The notes: generated by a model from the sequence alone, not told the origin. Numbered from the stretch's first letter, positions 1 through 10,832 are shown. The stretch is 64,000 nt of DNA from an uncultured Nitrososphaerales archaeon (GCA_963695855.1 CAVOHZ010000010.1:1632001-1696000), one strand, 5' to 3'. Numbers and translations: made by a program.

Positions 1-157
1 AATCTACATGTACACCATTATCGATTAAGAATTTTGGAACCTTACTATTTCTTTCTCTTTCATCTACTACAATCCGAAATGACATAGTTAGTTATGCACG
101 GAACTTATTTTGTATAACTCAATATAACTCAATGTTGATATATCATGATATTTGAAA

Positions 158-532
158 TTATTGTTGTTGCTGGTTAGATGATGCTCCTTTAATCATTTGG
201 TTAATTTTATTTTCAACTTCTTTTAGATTTTCCTTTACTCTTGATTCTTGTTTTCCTAGTACCATAACTCTAGTATTTGCCAATTCTTTTTTTTCAGATA
301 GTTCTTTTTCGATACTATCTTTTTCTGTTTTTATTAATAAAGGCCCTGCAGCTTTATAAATAGAATCAGAAGGTTTGGTTTTATTCAATTCCTCCAATGC
401 TCTATCCGTTTCAACAATTTCTAATTCAATTTGTTGTTTTTGCATCATTATTGCTTGTAGATTTTGTTGAAGTTGTTGTAATCGAGATATTTGCTCTTTA
501 AGCCAAGGAGGTAATTCATTTTCTTGACTCAA
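158..532 (-). CDS. pfdB: Prefoldin beta subunit
   Basis: Coiled-coil protein with ELPPWL...QLQQNLQ...IYKAAGPLLIK; last gene of exosome superoperon. Confidence 0.93.
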   Translation of the reverse strand: MSQENELPPWLKEQISRLQQLQQNLQAIMMQKQQIELEIVETDRALEELNKTKPSDSIYKAAGPLLIKTEKDSIEKELSEKKELANTRVMVLGKQESRVKENLKEVENKINQMIKGASSNQQQQ

Positions 533-572
533 CTTGATAATTAATAATGATATTTAATATAAATTTATTTTG

Positions 573-845
573 TTAGATATCAAAGGATTCAATCAAGCAA
601 CAATTCGCAGTTTTGATCAATCTAAGATATGAATTAATTGTTGATCTAAAACTTGATACTTCTTGGGCAATTATATCTATTGAAAAAAGGTTTTTATCTT
701 CGTTGGCAGTTAATTTAACTGAAGGAATTTCCAAAATTTTTATGTCTGGCTCTAAGGCTATAAATATTGATTTGATAAAGTCCTTATTTTGTTTATCTGA
801 TAATAATTTGAAAGAAATATTGATTTTAGCTTTGAAACTTTTCAA
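573..845 (-). CDS. pcc1: KEOPS complex subunit Pcc1
   Basis: ALEPD and FRSTINSYLRLI motifs; sits between rpl37ae and pfdB. Confidence 0.8.
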   Translation of the reverse strand: MKSFKAKINISFKLLSDKQNKDFIKSIFIALEPDIKILEIPSVKLTANEDKNLFSIDIIAQEVSSFRSTINSYLRLIKTANCCLIESFDI

Positions 846-1065
846 TATTTATATCGTATGCCCCAGAGGCTACCTTCAAATTACATTTTGGACAATACCA
901 AATTCCAGATGCAATTCGACCAAATCTTAAGGAGCTACAGGTTGGACAACGTCTTTTTTGTTTAAGTGTTTTATAAACAGTTCCGTATCTTTTTCTCACT
1001 GTCGCACCAAATTTTACACCAAGACCCTTAAGTGCCGTTTGAGTTTTTGTATTTCTTTTAACCAT
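826..1065 (-). CDS. rpl37ae: 50S ribosomal protein L37ae (eL43)
   Basis: GVKFGATVRKR, CPTC...GIWYCPKC zinc ribbon, GAY. Confidence 0.93.
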   Translation of the reverse strand: MVKRNTKTQTALKGLGVKFGATVRKRYGTVYKTLKQKRRCPTCSSLRFGRIASGIWYCPKCNLKVASGAYDINIEKFQS

Positions 1066-1068
1066 TTG

Positions 1069-1887
1069 TTATTTCACGAGCTCCTTTATTTTTTTTCTTA
1101 TTTCCTCTCCTTTAATTCTTGCTATTTCAGCCACATATTTTATTTGATCCAAGGTAAAAGACCCATTTGAACCCTTTTGAATGGCAGTATATTCTCCATT
1201 AGAATTAGTAGTTATTGTTATTCTGGATTCCATACATGATTCTTCCTCCGCAGTGGGATCTAAGATAATAGTATTTCCTATTTTTATTGCAGTTATTGAT
1301 ACTGGTAATGTCGTAATTGGAGGGTCTTGTTTATTGCCTGTATTCACAACTTCATCATTTTGTATTTCGAAAATTGGTAATTTACTACTAGCTAGGGCAC
1401 ACACTACAGCATAAGATGTAGCATCAAATAGATTACCATCAGCGTTGATAACACTACAATCTACAAAAATGGTATAGACAATTTTCCCATGGACCAAAAC
1501 TAATTTTTCAAGGTCAACCATTTCAGATTCTCTGATTCCCCTATCAACCACCCTAGCAAGCTCTATGGTATCTTCATCTGGTGGACCTGGTTCTACGAAA
1601 GGAGAAGCTGTGGGTAAAACTTCAGCAGTAACAATTAGAGCTCCCTTATGTTCTAATCCCTCAAATGGTTCACCGGTCTCAACCTTTACACCTGCAATAA
1701 CTTCAGAATTTCCTAATCTTACCAGAGCAGATCCGTTTGCCTTTTTGATTACATCGAGATCTATTTCAAGTGTTCTGAAATCATCTAAATTTCTACCGTC
1801 AAGTCTTTTTTTATTGTTTAATAAGTCTAACATTTGACGCTTGCGGAGATATTCAATTATTATTGGAGACTTCTTTGATAAGCTCAT
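1069..1887 (-). CDS. rrp42: Exosome complex component Rrp42
   Basis: RNase PH fold: RLDGR, ANGSALVRLG, EPGPPDE, ELARVVDRGIRES. Confidence 0.96.
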   Translation of the reverse strand: MSLSKKSPIIIEYLRKRQMLDLLNNKKRLDGRNLDDFRTLEIDLDVIKKANGSALVRLGNSEVIAGVKVETGEPFEGLEHKGALIVTAEVLPTASPFVEPGPPDEDTIELARVVDRGIRESEMVDLEKLVLVHGKIVYTIFVDCSVINADGNLFDATSYAVVCALASSKLPIFEIQNDEVVNTGNKQDPPITTLPVSITAIKIGNTIILDPTAEEESCMESRITITTNSNGEYTAIQKGSNGSFTLDQIKYVAEIARIKGEEIRKKIKELVK

Positions 1888-2642
1888 TATTCTTTTACCT
1901 CCTCGCTAGTTTCTTCGTCTATGGGAATATCATTACCAAAATATTTTTCCATCAAAGCTTTTCTTTGTATTTCATAAACCATTTTACATCCCTGTACTGC
2001 TTTTTCCAAACATTCAGTAAATTGTGATTGAGTGAGTACTCCATCTAGTTGTAGTAGGGATATTTTTTCAAGATTGGGTAGATAAGCAACAGGCATATCA
2101 GCTGAGCCTTCTTTATCTTCTACATCATTGATATCGAGAACGATTCTGTCGTTTATTTTTCCAGCTGCACAAGCTGCTACCAAATCGCGCATGTTAATCC
2201 CTGCATCAGCCAAGGCAACAGATGCTGCAGTTATTCCAGCACATCTAGAACCACCATCGGCTTGTAATACTTCAACAAATATGTCTATAGCCGCACGAGG
2301 ATAATCTTCTAATATAACAGCAGGTTCTAAAGCTTCTCTCATAACCTTAGATATTTCAATTTCTCTACGAGATGGAGCTGGGTTTTTACGTGTATCAGTC
2401 GAAAATGGGGACATGTGATACCTGCATCTTAATACACATTTATCTGGTTGAGCCATATGTTTTGGATGAACTTCTCTTGGTCCATACACAGCTACAATTA
2501 TTTTATTTTTGCCAAATTCAATGAATGCAGATCCGTTTGCATTTTTTAAGATTCCAACAGTAAGTTTAATTTCACGTAATTCGTCTATTGAACGACCATC
2601 TGTACGTTTTCCATTTTCATCTACCAAAATTGTTTGAGTCAT
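1887..2642 (-). CDS. rrp41: Exosome complex exonuclease Rrp41
   Basis: RTDGR, YGPREVHPKH, PSRREIEISKV, QADGGSRCAG; ATG at 2642 chosen. Confidence 0.96.
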   Translation of the reverse strand: MTQTILVDENGKRTDGRSIDELREIKLTVGILKNANGSAFIEFGKNKIIVAVYGPREVHPKHMAQPDKCVLRCRYHMSPFSTDTRKNPAPSRREIEISKVMREALEPAVILEDYPRAAIDIFVEVLQADGGSRCAGITAASVALADAGINMRDLVAACAAGKINDRIVLDINDVEDKEGSADMPVAYLPNLEKISLLQLDGVLTQSQFTECLEKAVQGCKMVYEIQRKALMEKYFGNDIPIDEETSEEVKE

Positions 2643-2663
2643 GATCTTCAATCCTCCAATTAG

Positions 2664-3494
2664 TTAAGAGGAATCTCCTGAAGAGGTTTTTGTAATTTCA
2701 TTATTAGTATCGTTATTGTTTTCAACATCATTTGTTTTTGAATTGTTTTCGTTATGGCTATTAATGTATGCCTCGTTATTACCAGAAGAATTATTTTCAG
2801 ACTCTACTTGTTGTAATTCATCCTTTACATTTAACAAATCCTTTATCTTTTGAGTAAGGTTTGATGTATGTGCTTCTTCTTGAACCGTTTTTATAGCTTT
2901 AAATGCAAGACTTATTCCTTCGTAATTTTTGCCACCTACTACTAAAATTCCGTTTTGACCTATCAGTATCTTTGTTTGTGTAGCTTGTTCTATTGTTTGT
3001 ATCATTGATCCTCTTTTACCTATCAAACGTGGAACACGTGTGGAGGATATTTTTAGAAATTTACCATCAGAAATTTTTCCTAAATCTCGTTCTTGAATAG
3101 TCAACATAGGGTCTCGTGTTCTATCAAATGCGATTATTCTAGTTGTAACGAGATCTCCTGGAGCAAATCTTTTTCTCATATCATCTCTTGCTGGAGAAAA
3201 ATCTCTTCCAAATACATCTTGAGCAGGTAAATGAGCTGAAAAACATGAATTAATATCTACTTCCCATGATAATGAAGAATTATCAATTATTTTTCCTATG
3301 ACAATATCATTAATCCTAGGAATATATATCCCCGATAATGGAATTACCTTTATTCCATCTTTACTTGATTCTGCTATTCCTATTCGTGTAGCTATAATGG
3401 AATTTTCTTTTCTAAATACATTCATCAGAGGTTTATAATTTCCTTCTATAATAACATCTCCTGGAATAACATACTTTCGCTTTATTTCTAACAT
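2664..3494 (-). CDS. rrp4: Exosome RNA-binding subunit Rrp4 (Asn-rich C-terminal tail)
   Basis: S1 + KH domains, VPRLIGKRGSMI, GQNG. Confidence 0.95.
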   Translation of the reverse strand: MLEIKRKYVIPGDVIIEGNYKPLMNVFRKENSIIATRIGIAESSKDGIKVIPLSGIYIPRINDIVIGKIIDNSSLSWEVDINSCFSAHLPAQDVFGRDFSPARDDMRKRFAPGDLVTTRIIAFDRTRDPMLTIQERDLGKISDGKFLKISSTRVPRLIGKRGSMIQTIEQATQTKILIGQNGILVVGGKNYEGISLAFKAIKTVQEEAHTSNLTQKIKDLLNVKDELQQVESENNSSGNNEAYINSHNENNSKTNDVENNNDTNNEITKTSSGDSS

Positions 3495-3625
3495 AAATTA
3501 GGATAACATCTCCTTGTTAACAAAAATTACAAAGAAAAGCATCTCATCCATATTTTGATATAAATTTTTATGATCTTTTCTCAAGTCCAATTTCCTATTT
3601 TGATAAAAGATATTTATTATTGTTA

Positions 3626-4315
3626 TTATTGTTCCTGAATTTGGGCAGAACCTTTAGTTACCGAATTCATCCTTTCAACGAATGTTCCTTTTATCCCAGC
3701 ATTTATTTCAACAATAACACTTAAAGAACCATCTTGCAACCATTTTTCATCTTTTAATTCACCGATATTTTTCAAAACGTTATAAGACGGTGCGGAAAAT
3801 TGTGGTGGAATAGTTACTAGCAATTGCAGGTTTTCTGATTTTAATGGCAAAATTTTTCGTAAAGATTCAATAATTTTCTTGGTTTGATCTTCAGGTTTCT
3901 TGAATGGATCTATTATTAATCTTACTTCTTCCATTGCATTTTGTATTCGTAGTGGAGGATGAGGAAGATGTGTTTTTGGATCAACGAAATTTCTATTGAT
4001 ATATTGAATAATCTGTTTTTTCTTTTCTTCTACCATTCTTCTACGTTGATCTGTTGTTAGATTAACTTCACCTTGTTCTAGTATTTTTTTAGCAATTTCA
4101 ATCGAGTCTGTAGTTTTGAAATTTCTAATTAGTTTTTCGTCAGCTATTCTAGTTCCTTTATTTGCATCTGCATAAATTTCATCAGAAATCAGAATATTAG
4201 ATAGATCGATTTTTTTCCCAAGTTTATAATCCAATGCTGGATCTGGTTTTACTAAAATCTCGAATTTATCATTATCTATAACTAAACGAACTATAGTGGA
4301 TTTATTATCAGTCAC
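3626..4315 (-). CDS. Ribosome maturation protein SBDS/Sdo1
   Basis: KFEILV, LTTDQRR, DPKTHLPHPPLRIQNAM motifs. Confidence 0.95.
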   Translation of the reverse strand: MTDNKSTIVRLVIDNDKFEILVKPDPALDYKLGKKIDLSNILISDEIYADANKGTRIADEKLIRNFKTTDSIEIAKKILEQGEVNLTTDQRRRMVEEKKKQIIQYINRNFVDPKTHLPHPPLRIQNAMEEVRLIIDPFKKPEDQTKKIIESLRKILPLKSENLQLLVTIPPQFSAPSYNVLKNIGELKDEKWLQDGSLSVIVEINAGIKGTFVERMNSVTKGSAQIQEQ

Positions 4316-4410
4316 AAAGTAATAGAAATCCTATTAAGTATTTATGCATGTAGAGACATATAACATAATAATACTGATTGCTATAATAAAGGAATAAAAT
4401 ATTTGATATT

Positions 4411-4863
4411 TTAACGATATGATTTTTGTTTCTTTCTTCTTGCACCAGGACCTCCAAATTTCTTAGATTCTGTCTGTCTTGGATCCCCTGCGAGAAGATG
4501 TCTGTCAAATTCGTTTATTTTTTTACGGATATCTTGTCGAATACTCTTTGATAATGGGTGATCCTTTGGATCTCTGTCACCCTTTGCCTCACCGGCTAAA
4601 GCTCGTGATATTGCAACTGCGGTAGCGAAGGCTTGTCCCATAAATCCTCCGCCAGCCACTTTTACATTGATGTCAACTTTATTGCGTAAATCACCAACTA
4701 TATTAACTGGCGTTAGGATTAGTTCTTTAGATATCTCTGGTTGTAAAACCTCTGCTGGAATATTATTAACTCTGATTTTTCCATTCCCCTTGGAAATAGT
4801 TGCAACTGCCCTTGATGTTTTTCTTTGTCCTGGATAGAGATCAACTGTTGTTGTTTTTGTCAT
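4411..4863 (-). CDS. rps9: 30S ribosomal protein S9
   Basis: GGGFMGQA, DPRQTESKKFGGPGARRKKQKSYR. Confidence 0.97.
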   Translation of the reverse strand: MTKTTTVDLYPGQRKTSRAVATISKGNGKIRVNNIPAEVLQPEISKELILTPVNIVGDLRNKVDINVKVAGGGFMGQAFATAVAISRALAGEAKGDRDPKDHPLSKSIRQDIRKKINEFDRHLLAGDPRQTESKKFGGPGARRKKQKSYR

Positions 4864-4868
4864 TTCTT

Positions 4869-5384
4869 TTATTCTCCTTTCCATCCTATTTGTTTTGCAA
4901 TGTCTCCAATTGTTATATAGTATGATTCTGGTTTGGTTATTTTTGTATCATCAAATATTTTCATTTCATTCGAACGAAATTCTACCGGTATTCCTATATA
5001 CACTCTTAATCTTCTAAATGCAGAGATTCCGCTTGATTTTTTCCTTGGTGTCATGCCCCGTACCATTTTTGTCAAGATTCTATCAGGTCGTCTTGGATGA
5101 TAAGGCCCATGAATAGGATTTGTTATAGAACTTACTTCAAGACGTTTTTTATAATCGTCAATTGTTTTATAACGATTTCCAGATATCATGGCCTTTTCGG
5201 AATTGACAATAGTAACCCTATTGCCTTGAAGTAAAAGTTTTGAAACACGGGAACAAACACGACCAGCTATACAAGAAGATACATCAACTACTATTTGGTT
5301 TTTAGAATTATTTTTGTTTGCATAACTAGAATTACTATTGATATCTTTTTTAGATTTATCCAATGATTCGAACACCTTTTCCAT
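4869..5384 (-). CDS. rpl13: 50S ribosomal protein L13
   Basis: GPYHPRRPD, VRGM, RLRVYIGIP; start uncertain. Confidence 0.95.
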   Translation of the reverse strand: MEKVFESLDKSKKDINSNSSYANKNNSKNQIVVDVSSCIAGRVCSRVSKLLLQGNRVTIVNSEKAMISGNRYKTIDDYKKRLEVSSITNPIHGPYHPRRPDRILTKMVRGMTPRKKSSGISAFRRLRVYIGIPVEFRSNEMKIFDDTKITKPESYYITIGDIAKQIGWKGE

Positions 5385-5730
5385 CAGGATATTGTTCAAC
5401 AAGTTCATTGATAGTAATAACTTCTCCTCCGCAATCGATAACCTTCTTCATTGCTGTAACCGAAATAGAAAAACAACTTAGAATTATTTTATGATTGATA
5501 ATACCAGAACCCAATACTTTGCCTGGAACGATAACAATATCACCCTCCTTAGTAATATTGTCCAATTTACTAACGTTTACCTCAGAACGATTAGACCTAG
5601 AACTTTTAAACTTTTTTTCTATAGATTTCCAAATTGGACTTCCACTTCTTTTGTATGCATCACGCAAATCTGATTTAGTGTTATCATTCAATGTATTAGT
5701 AAACATACTTGTGACCTTATCATCTTCCAT
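5356..5730 (-). CDS. rpl18e: 50S ribosomal protein L18e
   Basis: VNVSKL, IVPGKVLGSG; start uncertain. Confidence 0.95.
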   Translation of the reverse strand: MEDDKVTSMFTNTLNDNTKSDLRDAYKRSGSPIWKSIEKKFKSSRSNRSEVNVSKLDNITKEGDIVIVPGKVLGSGIINHKIILSCFSISVTAMKKVIDCGGEVITINELVEQYPDGKGVRIIG

Positions 5731-5755
5731 TACAATAATCCCCAAATAAACCTAC

Positions 5756-6430
5756 CTAGTTCCCTTTTTGGAAATCTAGAGATTTTATCACCGTACTGAA
5801 ATTATTTAATTTTGAATTTATTATATTAATAGCAGCCTTTACTGTTTCCTCTGCTGTTAGAGATCCAACAGTTTCTATCATCAAAATCGATTCATTTGTT
5901 TCATTTCCATCCTTTACTATTGCAGCAGTAGTGGGCTGCCATTTTGCATGATCTTTTCCTATTCCTAATCTAGCATATGCCTCAAATTTTAATTTCTGTC
6001 CAGGAGCAAGAGCAATTATAGGAATATTATTGCTCACTGGTTTCACATATTCATCTTCGGATACAAGATCTCCTGAAGTAACGAGTTTCGTCTTTTCAGA
6101 AGACTCGGAATCTAAAATTAGTAATACACGACATTTAGAACAACCTAAAGTATTATTACAATCACATTTGTCAGGTAAAATGAATCTATTCAATTCTGTT
6201 CGTAATGGAATAAGACCTAGACGGTGAGCAACTGCTTCATCGTGCATAACAGAAGAATTTTCTAAAATTACTACATCGTCTATTGCTAAGATAGGAACCT
6301 CACTAATTGAGATTCTGCGAATGGCATTTAAATACTGTCTTGGAATGTTATTAAATTTTAGGATTATTTTTTGATCTGTTTTTTCTAAAATATTTATAGA
6401 AGTCAATATTAAGTGAAGTTTTTTGTCCAA
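5756..6430 (-). CDS. rpoD: DNA-directed RNA polymerase subunit D (Rpo3)
   Basis: NAIRR, ENSSVMHDE-AHRLGLIPL, Cys cluster, HAKWQP. Confidence 0.96.
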   Translation of the reverse strand: MDKKLHLILTSINILEKTDQKIILKFNNIPRQYLNAIRRISISEVPILAIDDVVILENSSVMHDEAVAHRLGLIPLRTELNRFILPDKCDCNNTLGCSKCRVLLILDSESSEKTKLVTSGDLVSEDEYVKPVSNNIPIIALAPGQKLKFEAYARLGIGKDHAKWQPTTAAIVKDGNETNESILMIETVGSLTAEETVKAAINIINSKLNNFSTVIKSLDFQKGN

Positions 6431-6599
6431 AGCACTCTTAAAAATCTACCGACCAACACCGAAAAAGAAAAACATAGCTAATGAAATACAACCTAGCATT
6501 GTCCATTAGGATATAAGGTATAGCAAAGATATCATAGCCAATCAATTTGAAAGTAGTCCAATTTGAATGATATTACAGAATATAAGAAAATCTATTATT

Positions 6600-6758
6600 T
6601 CAGGTATCAATATTTGTTGGTGTATGATAATATTTCACTAATTTCTTAGAGTAACAGTCCCCACATAAATAGCCCAATACGTTCCACTGTTGCATAGGTT
6701 TGTATTTAAAATTATTAATTTCATTATTACAAACTGTACATTTTGTAGAATTAGACAT
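6600..6758 (-). CDS. 52-aa zinc-finger protein (not in ORF track)
   Basis: Hand translation MSNSTKCTVCNNEINNFKYKPMQQWNVLGYLCGDCYSKKL...; CxxC...CxxC. Confidence 0.7.
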   Translation of the reverse strand: MSNSTKCTVCNNEINNFKYKPMQQWNVLGYLCGDCYSKKLVKYYHTPTNIDT

Positions 6759-6921
6759 TTTGTTTATTAAATATTTGTAGCATTATAAATACGATGATAA
6801 CATGTTTTTTATTAATGAAATAAACATGTATATGAAATCAATATCAAAATATAACGTAAATTTAAGTTAGATTTCAAAAAAATTAATTAGGACCTTCGTC
6901 CATCCATGATTAGTTAGATAA

Positions 6922-7422
6922 ATGGGAGTTAATGAAAAGATTATTTTTTTGGGAATTCTTGGATTAGGTGCTATAGTGGGAGTTTTAACATATACAGTAT
7001 TTATGCCACTTGTACCTACCCCAGGAGATACACGTTCTATTTATAGACAAGATTTACCACCGGAGACTGCTCAAGCAAGTGCGGGAGCAGAAAAATCGCA
7101 AATAAATCCTGCGTCAATTAAAGCTGATGCGATATTGACAATTTTGGAAGGAGCATCAACTCAAGGTAATCCGCCTTATGATCCAAAAGAAATGTCTGTG
7201 AAGAAGGGCGATGTTATTAAGGTGGATAATAAGGATACAGTACCTCATACAGTTACTAATGGTGAAGGTCCAAGTGATCCCAATTCTGGAAAAATATTTG
7301 ACACTGGTATTACTAATGCTGGAGAAGCTGCGATAATAGATACAAAAAATATTGACCCTGGCGACTATCTTTATTATTGTACAGTTCATCCATATATGAC
7401 AGGAAACTTGAAGATACAATAG
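6922..7422 (+). CDS. Membrane-anchored blue copper (cupredoxin) protein
   Basis: N-terminal TM helix; PHTVT and YYCTVHPYM type-1 Cu ligands. Confidence 0.9.
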   Translation: MGVNEKIIFLGILGLGAIVGVLTYTVFMPLVPTPGDTRSIYRQDLPPETAQASAGAEKSQINPASIKADAILTILEGASTQGNPPYDPKEMSVKKGDVIKVDNKDTVPHTVTNGEGPSDPNSGKIFDTGITNAGEAAIIDTKNIDPGDYLYYCTVHPYMTGNLKIQ

Positions 7423-7522
7423 AAATCTAGAGTCAATTTTATTTTTTTGATGAAGCAGTAGAATCAGAACTTTATCTCATGAGGATATCCTTATATTATG
7501 TAAATAAGAATACTATTCGTTT

Positions 7523-8299
7523 ATGGCTTTTTTAGAGATCAAGGATTTACATGCAAGTATCGAAGGAAAAGAAATTCTTACTGGTTTGAATTTAAAGATA
7601 GATAAGAATGAAGTCCACGCCATTATGGGTCCTAATGGATCGGGTAAAAGTACATTTGCAAACGTACTTTTGGGTCATCCCAAGTATTCTGTTAATTCAG
7701 GTGACATTCAGGTAAAAGGAAAGAGTATTATGGAGCTATCTACTGATGAGAGAGCTAAACAAGGATTATTTCTTGGTTTTCAATATCCTATAGAAATCTC
7801 TGGTGTAGGATATAGCCATTTTCTGAGAAATGCTTATAATACTTTGAATAAATCATTAATGCAGGATCAAAAGAATCGAGAAGTTTTTCTCACTGTAAAG
7901 GAATTTCACGAATATATAAAAAGAAATTTGGATGATGTTGGATTAGATCCTTCATTTCTAAGCAGATATCTGAATGAGGGTTTTTCTGGAGGAGAAAAGA
8001 AGAGATCTGAAGTAATGCAGATGCTCGTACTAAAACCAAATATTGCTATATTGGATGAACCAGATTCAGGTCTAGATATTGATGCAGTAAAAGCAGTTGC
8101 TGAAGCGATTAATAAATTAATTGACACAGGTGCAGGAATAGTAGTAATAACTCACTACGCCAGAATCTTGAGATATCTTTCAAAACTCGATGAAGTTCAT
8201 GTTATGGCAAAAGGAAAAATCATTAAATCTGGAGGTAAAGAATTATCTGAAGAATTAGAGAGCAAGGGATATGGGTGGTTAGGTCTAGATGAGTCCTAG
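7523..8299 (+). CDS. sufC: Fe-S assembly ATPase SufC
   Basis: GPNGSGKST, FQYP, NEGFSGGEKKR, LDEPDSGLDIDA. Confidence 0.96.
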   Translation: MAFLEIKDLHASIEGKEILTGLNLKIDKNEVHAIMGPNGSGKSTFANVLLGHPKYSVNSGDIQVKGKSIMELSTDERAKQGLFLGFQYPIEISGVGYSHFLRNAYNTLNKSLMQDQKNREVFLTVKEFHEYIKRNLDDVGLDPSFLSRYLNEGFSGGEKKRSEVMQMLVLKPNIAILDEPDSGLDIDAVKAVAEAINKLIDTGAGIVVITHYARILRYLSKLDEVHVMAKGKIIKSGGKELSEELESKGYGWLGLDES

Positions 8300-8386
8300 A
8301 TCAGATCGATTATCTTATTAAAATATAGAATTGTCTATTGAAAACACAACGAATAATCTCTCTAATGATCATAAATTGATTACTAA

Positions 8387-8452
8387 TAATAAGACTAATT
8401 TATAAGAATAATAAGACTAATTTATAAGAATAATAAGACTAATTTATAAGAA
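8387..8452 (+). repeat. 3 x 22-bp perfect tandem repeat in a promoter region
   Basis: TAATAAGACTAATTTATAAGAA x3 ending 12 bp before ATG 8465; each unit has TATA-like TTTATAA. Confidence 0.9.
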
Positions 8453-8464
8453 AGATGTGTAATA

Positions 8465-9139
8465 ATGAGTACTGAAAAGCCTGTATTCCTGAATTTTTCG
8501 TTTTTCAAGGTTGATCCAAAATGGCGATGGCTAAATGAAATAGGAAAAGAAGAAGCCATTAAAGAATTCGCTGACTTACTAGAAGTAGCTAATACAAAAA
8601 TGAAGGTTATACCATATTCTACTGTTGGACTTAGAGATGATGCAGATTTTATGTTATGGATGATTTCGGATTCAGTAGAAAAAATGCAAGTATTTACATC
8701 AAAGATTTATTTGACGGTATTAGGGAAATACGTAGAACCTTCTCAAATTTATTTGTCTTGTTCAAGAAGATCCGTATATTCAAAAAAAGCAAAACCAGGT
8801 TTTACAGATGATGTGAATCCATTACGATATAACATAGTATATCCATTTATAAAATCTAGAGAATGGTATCTTCTGCCGTTTGAAAAAAGAAAGAAAATGA
8901 TGGATGAACATATAGAGATTGGAAGAAAATTTCCTAATATTAGAATAAATACATCATATTCTTTTGGTCTTGACGATCAAGATTTTATGTTAGCTTTCGA
9001 AACAGATGATCTTAACAGTTTTCAGGATTTAATAATTCAATTACGGGAAACTGAAGTTAGTAGATATGTGATTAAGGATACTCCTATGATAGTTTGTGTA
9101 TACAAAAAGATTGATGAAGTCATTAAGAGTTTGGGATGA
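8465..9139 (+). CDS. Chlorite dismutase/coproheme decarboxylase family protein
   Basis: YSTVGLRDDADFMLW, YPFIKSREWYLL, EH, YSFGLDDQDF. Confidence 0.9.
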   Translation: MSTEKPVFLNFSFFKVDPKWRWLNEIGKEEAIKEFADLLEVANTKMKVIPYSTVGLRDDADFMLWMISDSVEKMQVFTSKIYLTVLGKYVEPSQIYLSCSRRSVYSKKAKPGFTDDVNPLRYNIVYPFIKSREWYLLPFEKRKKMMDEHIEIGRKFPNIRINTSYSFGLDDQDFMLAFETDDLNSFQDLIIQLRETEVSRYVIKDTPMIVCVYKKIDEVIKSLG

Positions 9140-9810
9140 AAGGAATGATAGCATTAAAAGAATGGGCTATTGTATGTAAAGCTTTAGAAGATGGAAAACA
9201 AATTTTGTTACTTCGTAAAGGAGGAATTATGGAATTTAGAAAAGGTTTTGAGATCAAACATAATGAATTTTTTCTTTATCCCACATATGAACATCAGTCT
9301 AAGAATTCGATCAAAGATGAATATATACCATATTTAGAAAGTTTGCTATATGACAGACACTATAATGAAAAATATGATTCTAACAAAAATAGTATAAATT
9401 TATTTGCTCAAGTATATGAAATTATTGAGATCACAGATAGAGCAATTTTACCAAAATTACAAAATTATCATATATGGAATAATGAATATGTTAATATGCG
9501 TATAAATTATAATCCTACTAAGCCACTTAATATATTATTATTAAAAATATTTAAAATTAAAGAACCTTTACTTGTAGACATCAAAGATGAATGGGCAGGA
9601 TGTAAATCATGGTTAAATATTGATGTAGATAAAAAATGGGAAAATTTTGAATTGACGGATTATTTGAATAAATGGTTAAGAGATAAGAGCAATGTTATTG
9701 GAAATGCTATAGATGACAATAATAAAAAAACTCTAATAGAGCCAGTATTAAATGATTATAGATTCAATGAGATCGCTAAGGGGATTAAGGAGGCAGTATC
9801 TAATAAATGA
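9136..9810 (+). CDS. DUF1802 family protein
   Basis: ALKEW...LLRKGGI-E, LYPTYEHQ, GCKSW. Confidence 0.85.
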   Translation: MKGMIALKEWAIVCKALEDGKQILLLRKGGIMEFRKGFEIKHNEFFLYPTYEHQSKNSIKDEYIPYLESLLYDRHYNEKYDSNKNSINLFAQVYEIIEITDRAILPKLQNYHIWNNEYVNMRINYNPTKPLNILLLKIFKIKEPLLVDIKDEWAGCKSWLNIDVDKKWENFELTDYLNKWLRDKSNVIGNAIDDNNKKTLIEPVLNDYRFNEIAKGIKEAVSNK

Positions 9811-10832
9811 AATATAGAAAATTAGGAAGAAGTGGAATAAAAGTAAGTGAAATTGGATTTGGAGCATGGATTTTAGGTCTTGATTGGTGGGGTAAGAAGA
9901 TTGAAGATGAAGATGCTATAAGAATATTAAAAAGGGCCTATGATATTGGTGTTAATTTTTTTGAAACTGCAGATATGTACGGTAAGGGTAAAAGCGAAAA
10001 GATTATTGGACAAGTATTTAAAGACATGCGAAATGAAGTAATTTATTCTACTAAGTGGGGGTATGACATGTATAGTCATCAACAAATTGGACATAATGAA
10101 ATTCCACAAAAACATAATATGGATTTCTTGCAATTTGCATTAAAGGAAAGTATGTCTAGATTGCAGACAGATTATATCGATGTATATAGTATGCACAATC
10201 CAAAAATAGATGCAATCAAAAATGATCTTTTATTTAATATGTTGGATGATTTAGTCAGTAAAGGAGATATTAAAAGTCATGGAGTAGCTTTAGGTCCAGC
10301 AATAGGATGGGAAGAAGAAGGATTGTATGCTATGAAAAATAGAAATATTACTTGTCTCCAAACAGTTTACAACATCTTAGAACAAGATCCGGGTAGATCT
10401 TTTTTAAATGCTGATATAGATGCACAAAATAATAAGAAAAATATACAAGATAAAACATATGATGTAGGAATAATGGTTCGAGTTCCTGATGCATCAGGAG
10501 TATTAACAGGTAAAGTAACTGAAGCGACCACCTTGAAAGAAAACGACCATCGAAGCTACAGAAAAAAAGAGTGGATTATCGAAGCAATGAAAAAAATTGA
10601 GAAGATGAGACCTATAGCTGAATCAAGGGGATGGACAATACCACAATTAGCTATCAAATTTATTTTATCACAAGAACCTATTTCTGTTGTAATTCCTACA
10701 GTATTGGATATTGAAGAATTAGATTCATTTGCTGAAATGGCTGATGGAAAATACCTTAACAAATTTGAGTTGAATCAAATACAAGAATTATATGAAAATA
10801 ATTTTTATGTTAGTAGTATGATCCAAAATTAA
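9807..10832 (+). CDS. Aldo/keto reductase
   Basis: VSEIGFG, FETADMYG, RLQTDYID, QTVYNILEQ. Confidence 0.93.
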   Translation: MKYRKLGRSGIKVSEIGFGAWILGLDWWGKKIEDEDAIRILKRAYDIGVNFFETADMYGKGKSEKIIGQVFKDMRNEVIYSTKWGYDMYSHQQIGHNEIPQKHNMDFLQFALKESMSRLQTDYIDVYSMHNPKIDAIKNDLLFNMLDDLVSKGDIKSHGVALGPAIGWEEEGLYAMKNRNITCLQTVYNILEQDPGRSFLNADIDAQNNKKNIQDKTYDVGIMVRVPDASGVLTGKVTEATTLKENDHRSYRKKEWIIEAMKKIEKMRPIAESRGWTIPQLAIKFILSQEPISVVIPTVLDIEELDSFAEMADGKYLNKFELNQIQELYENNFYVSSMIQN

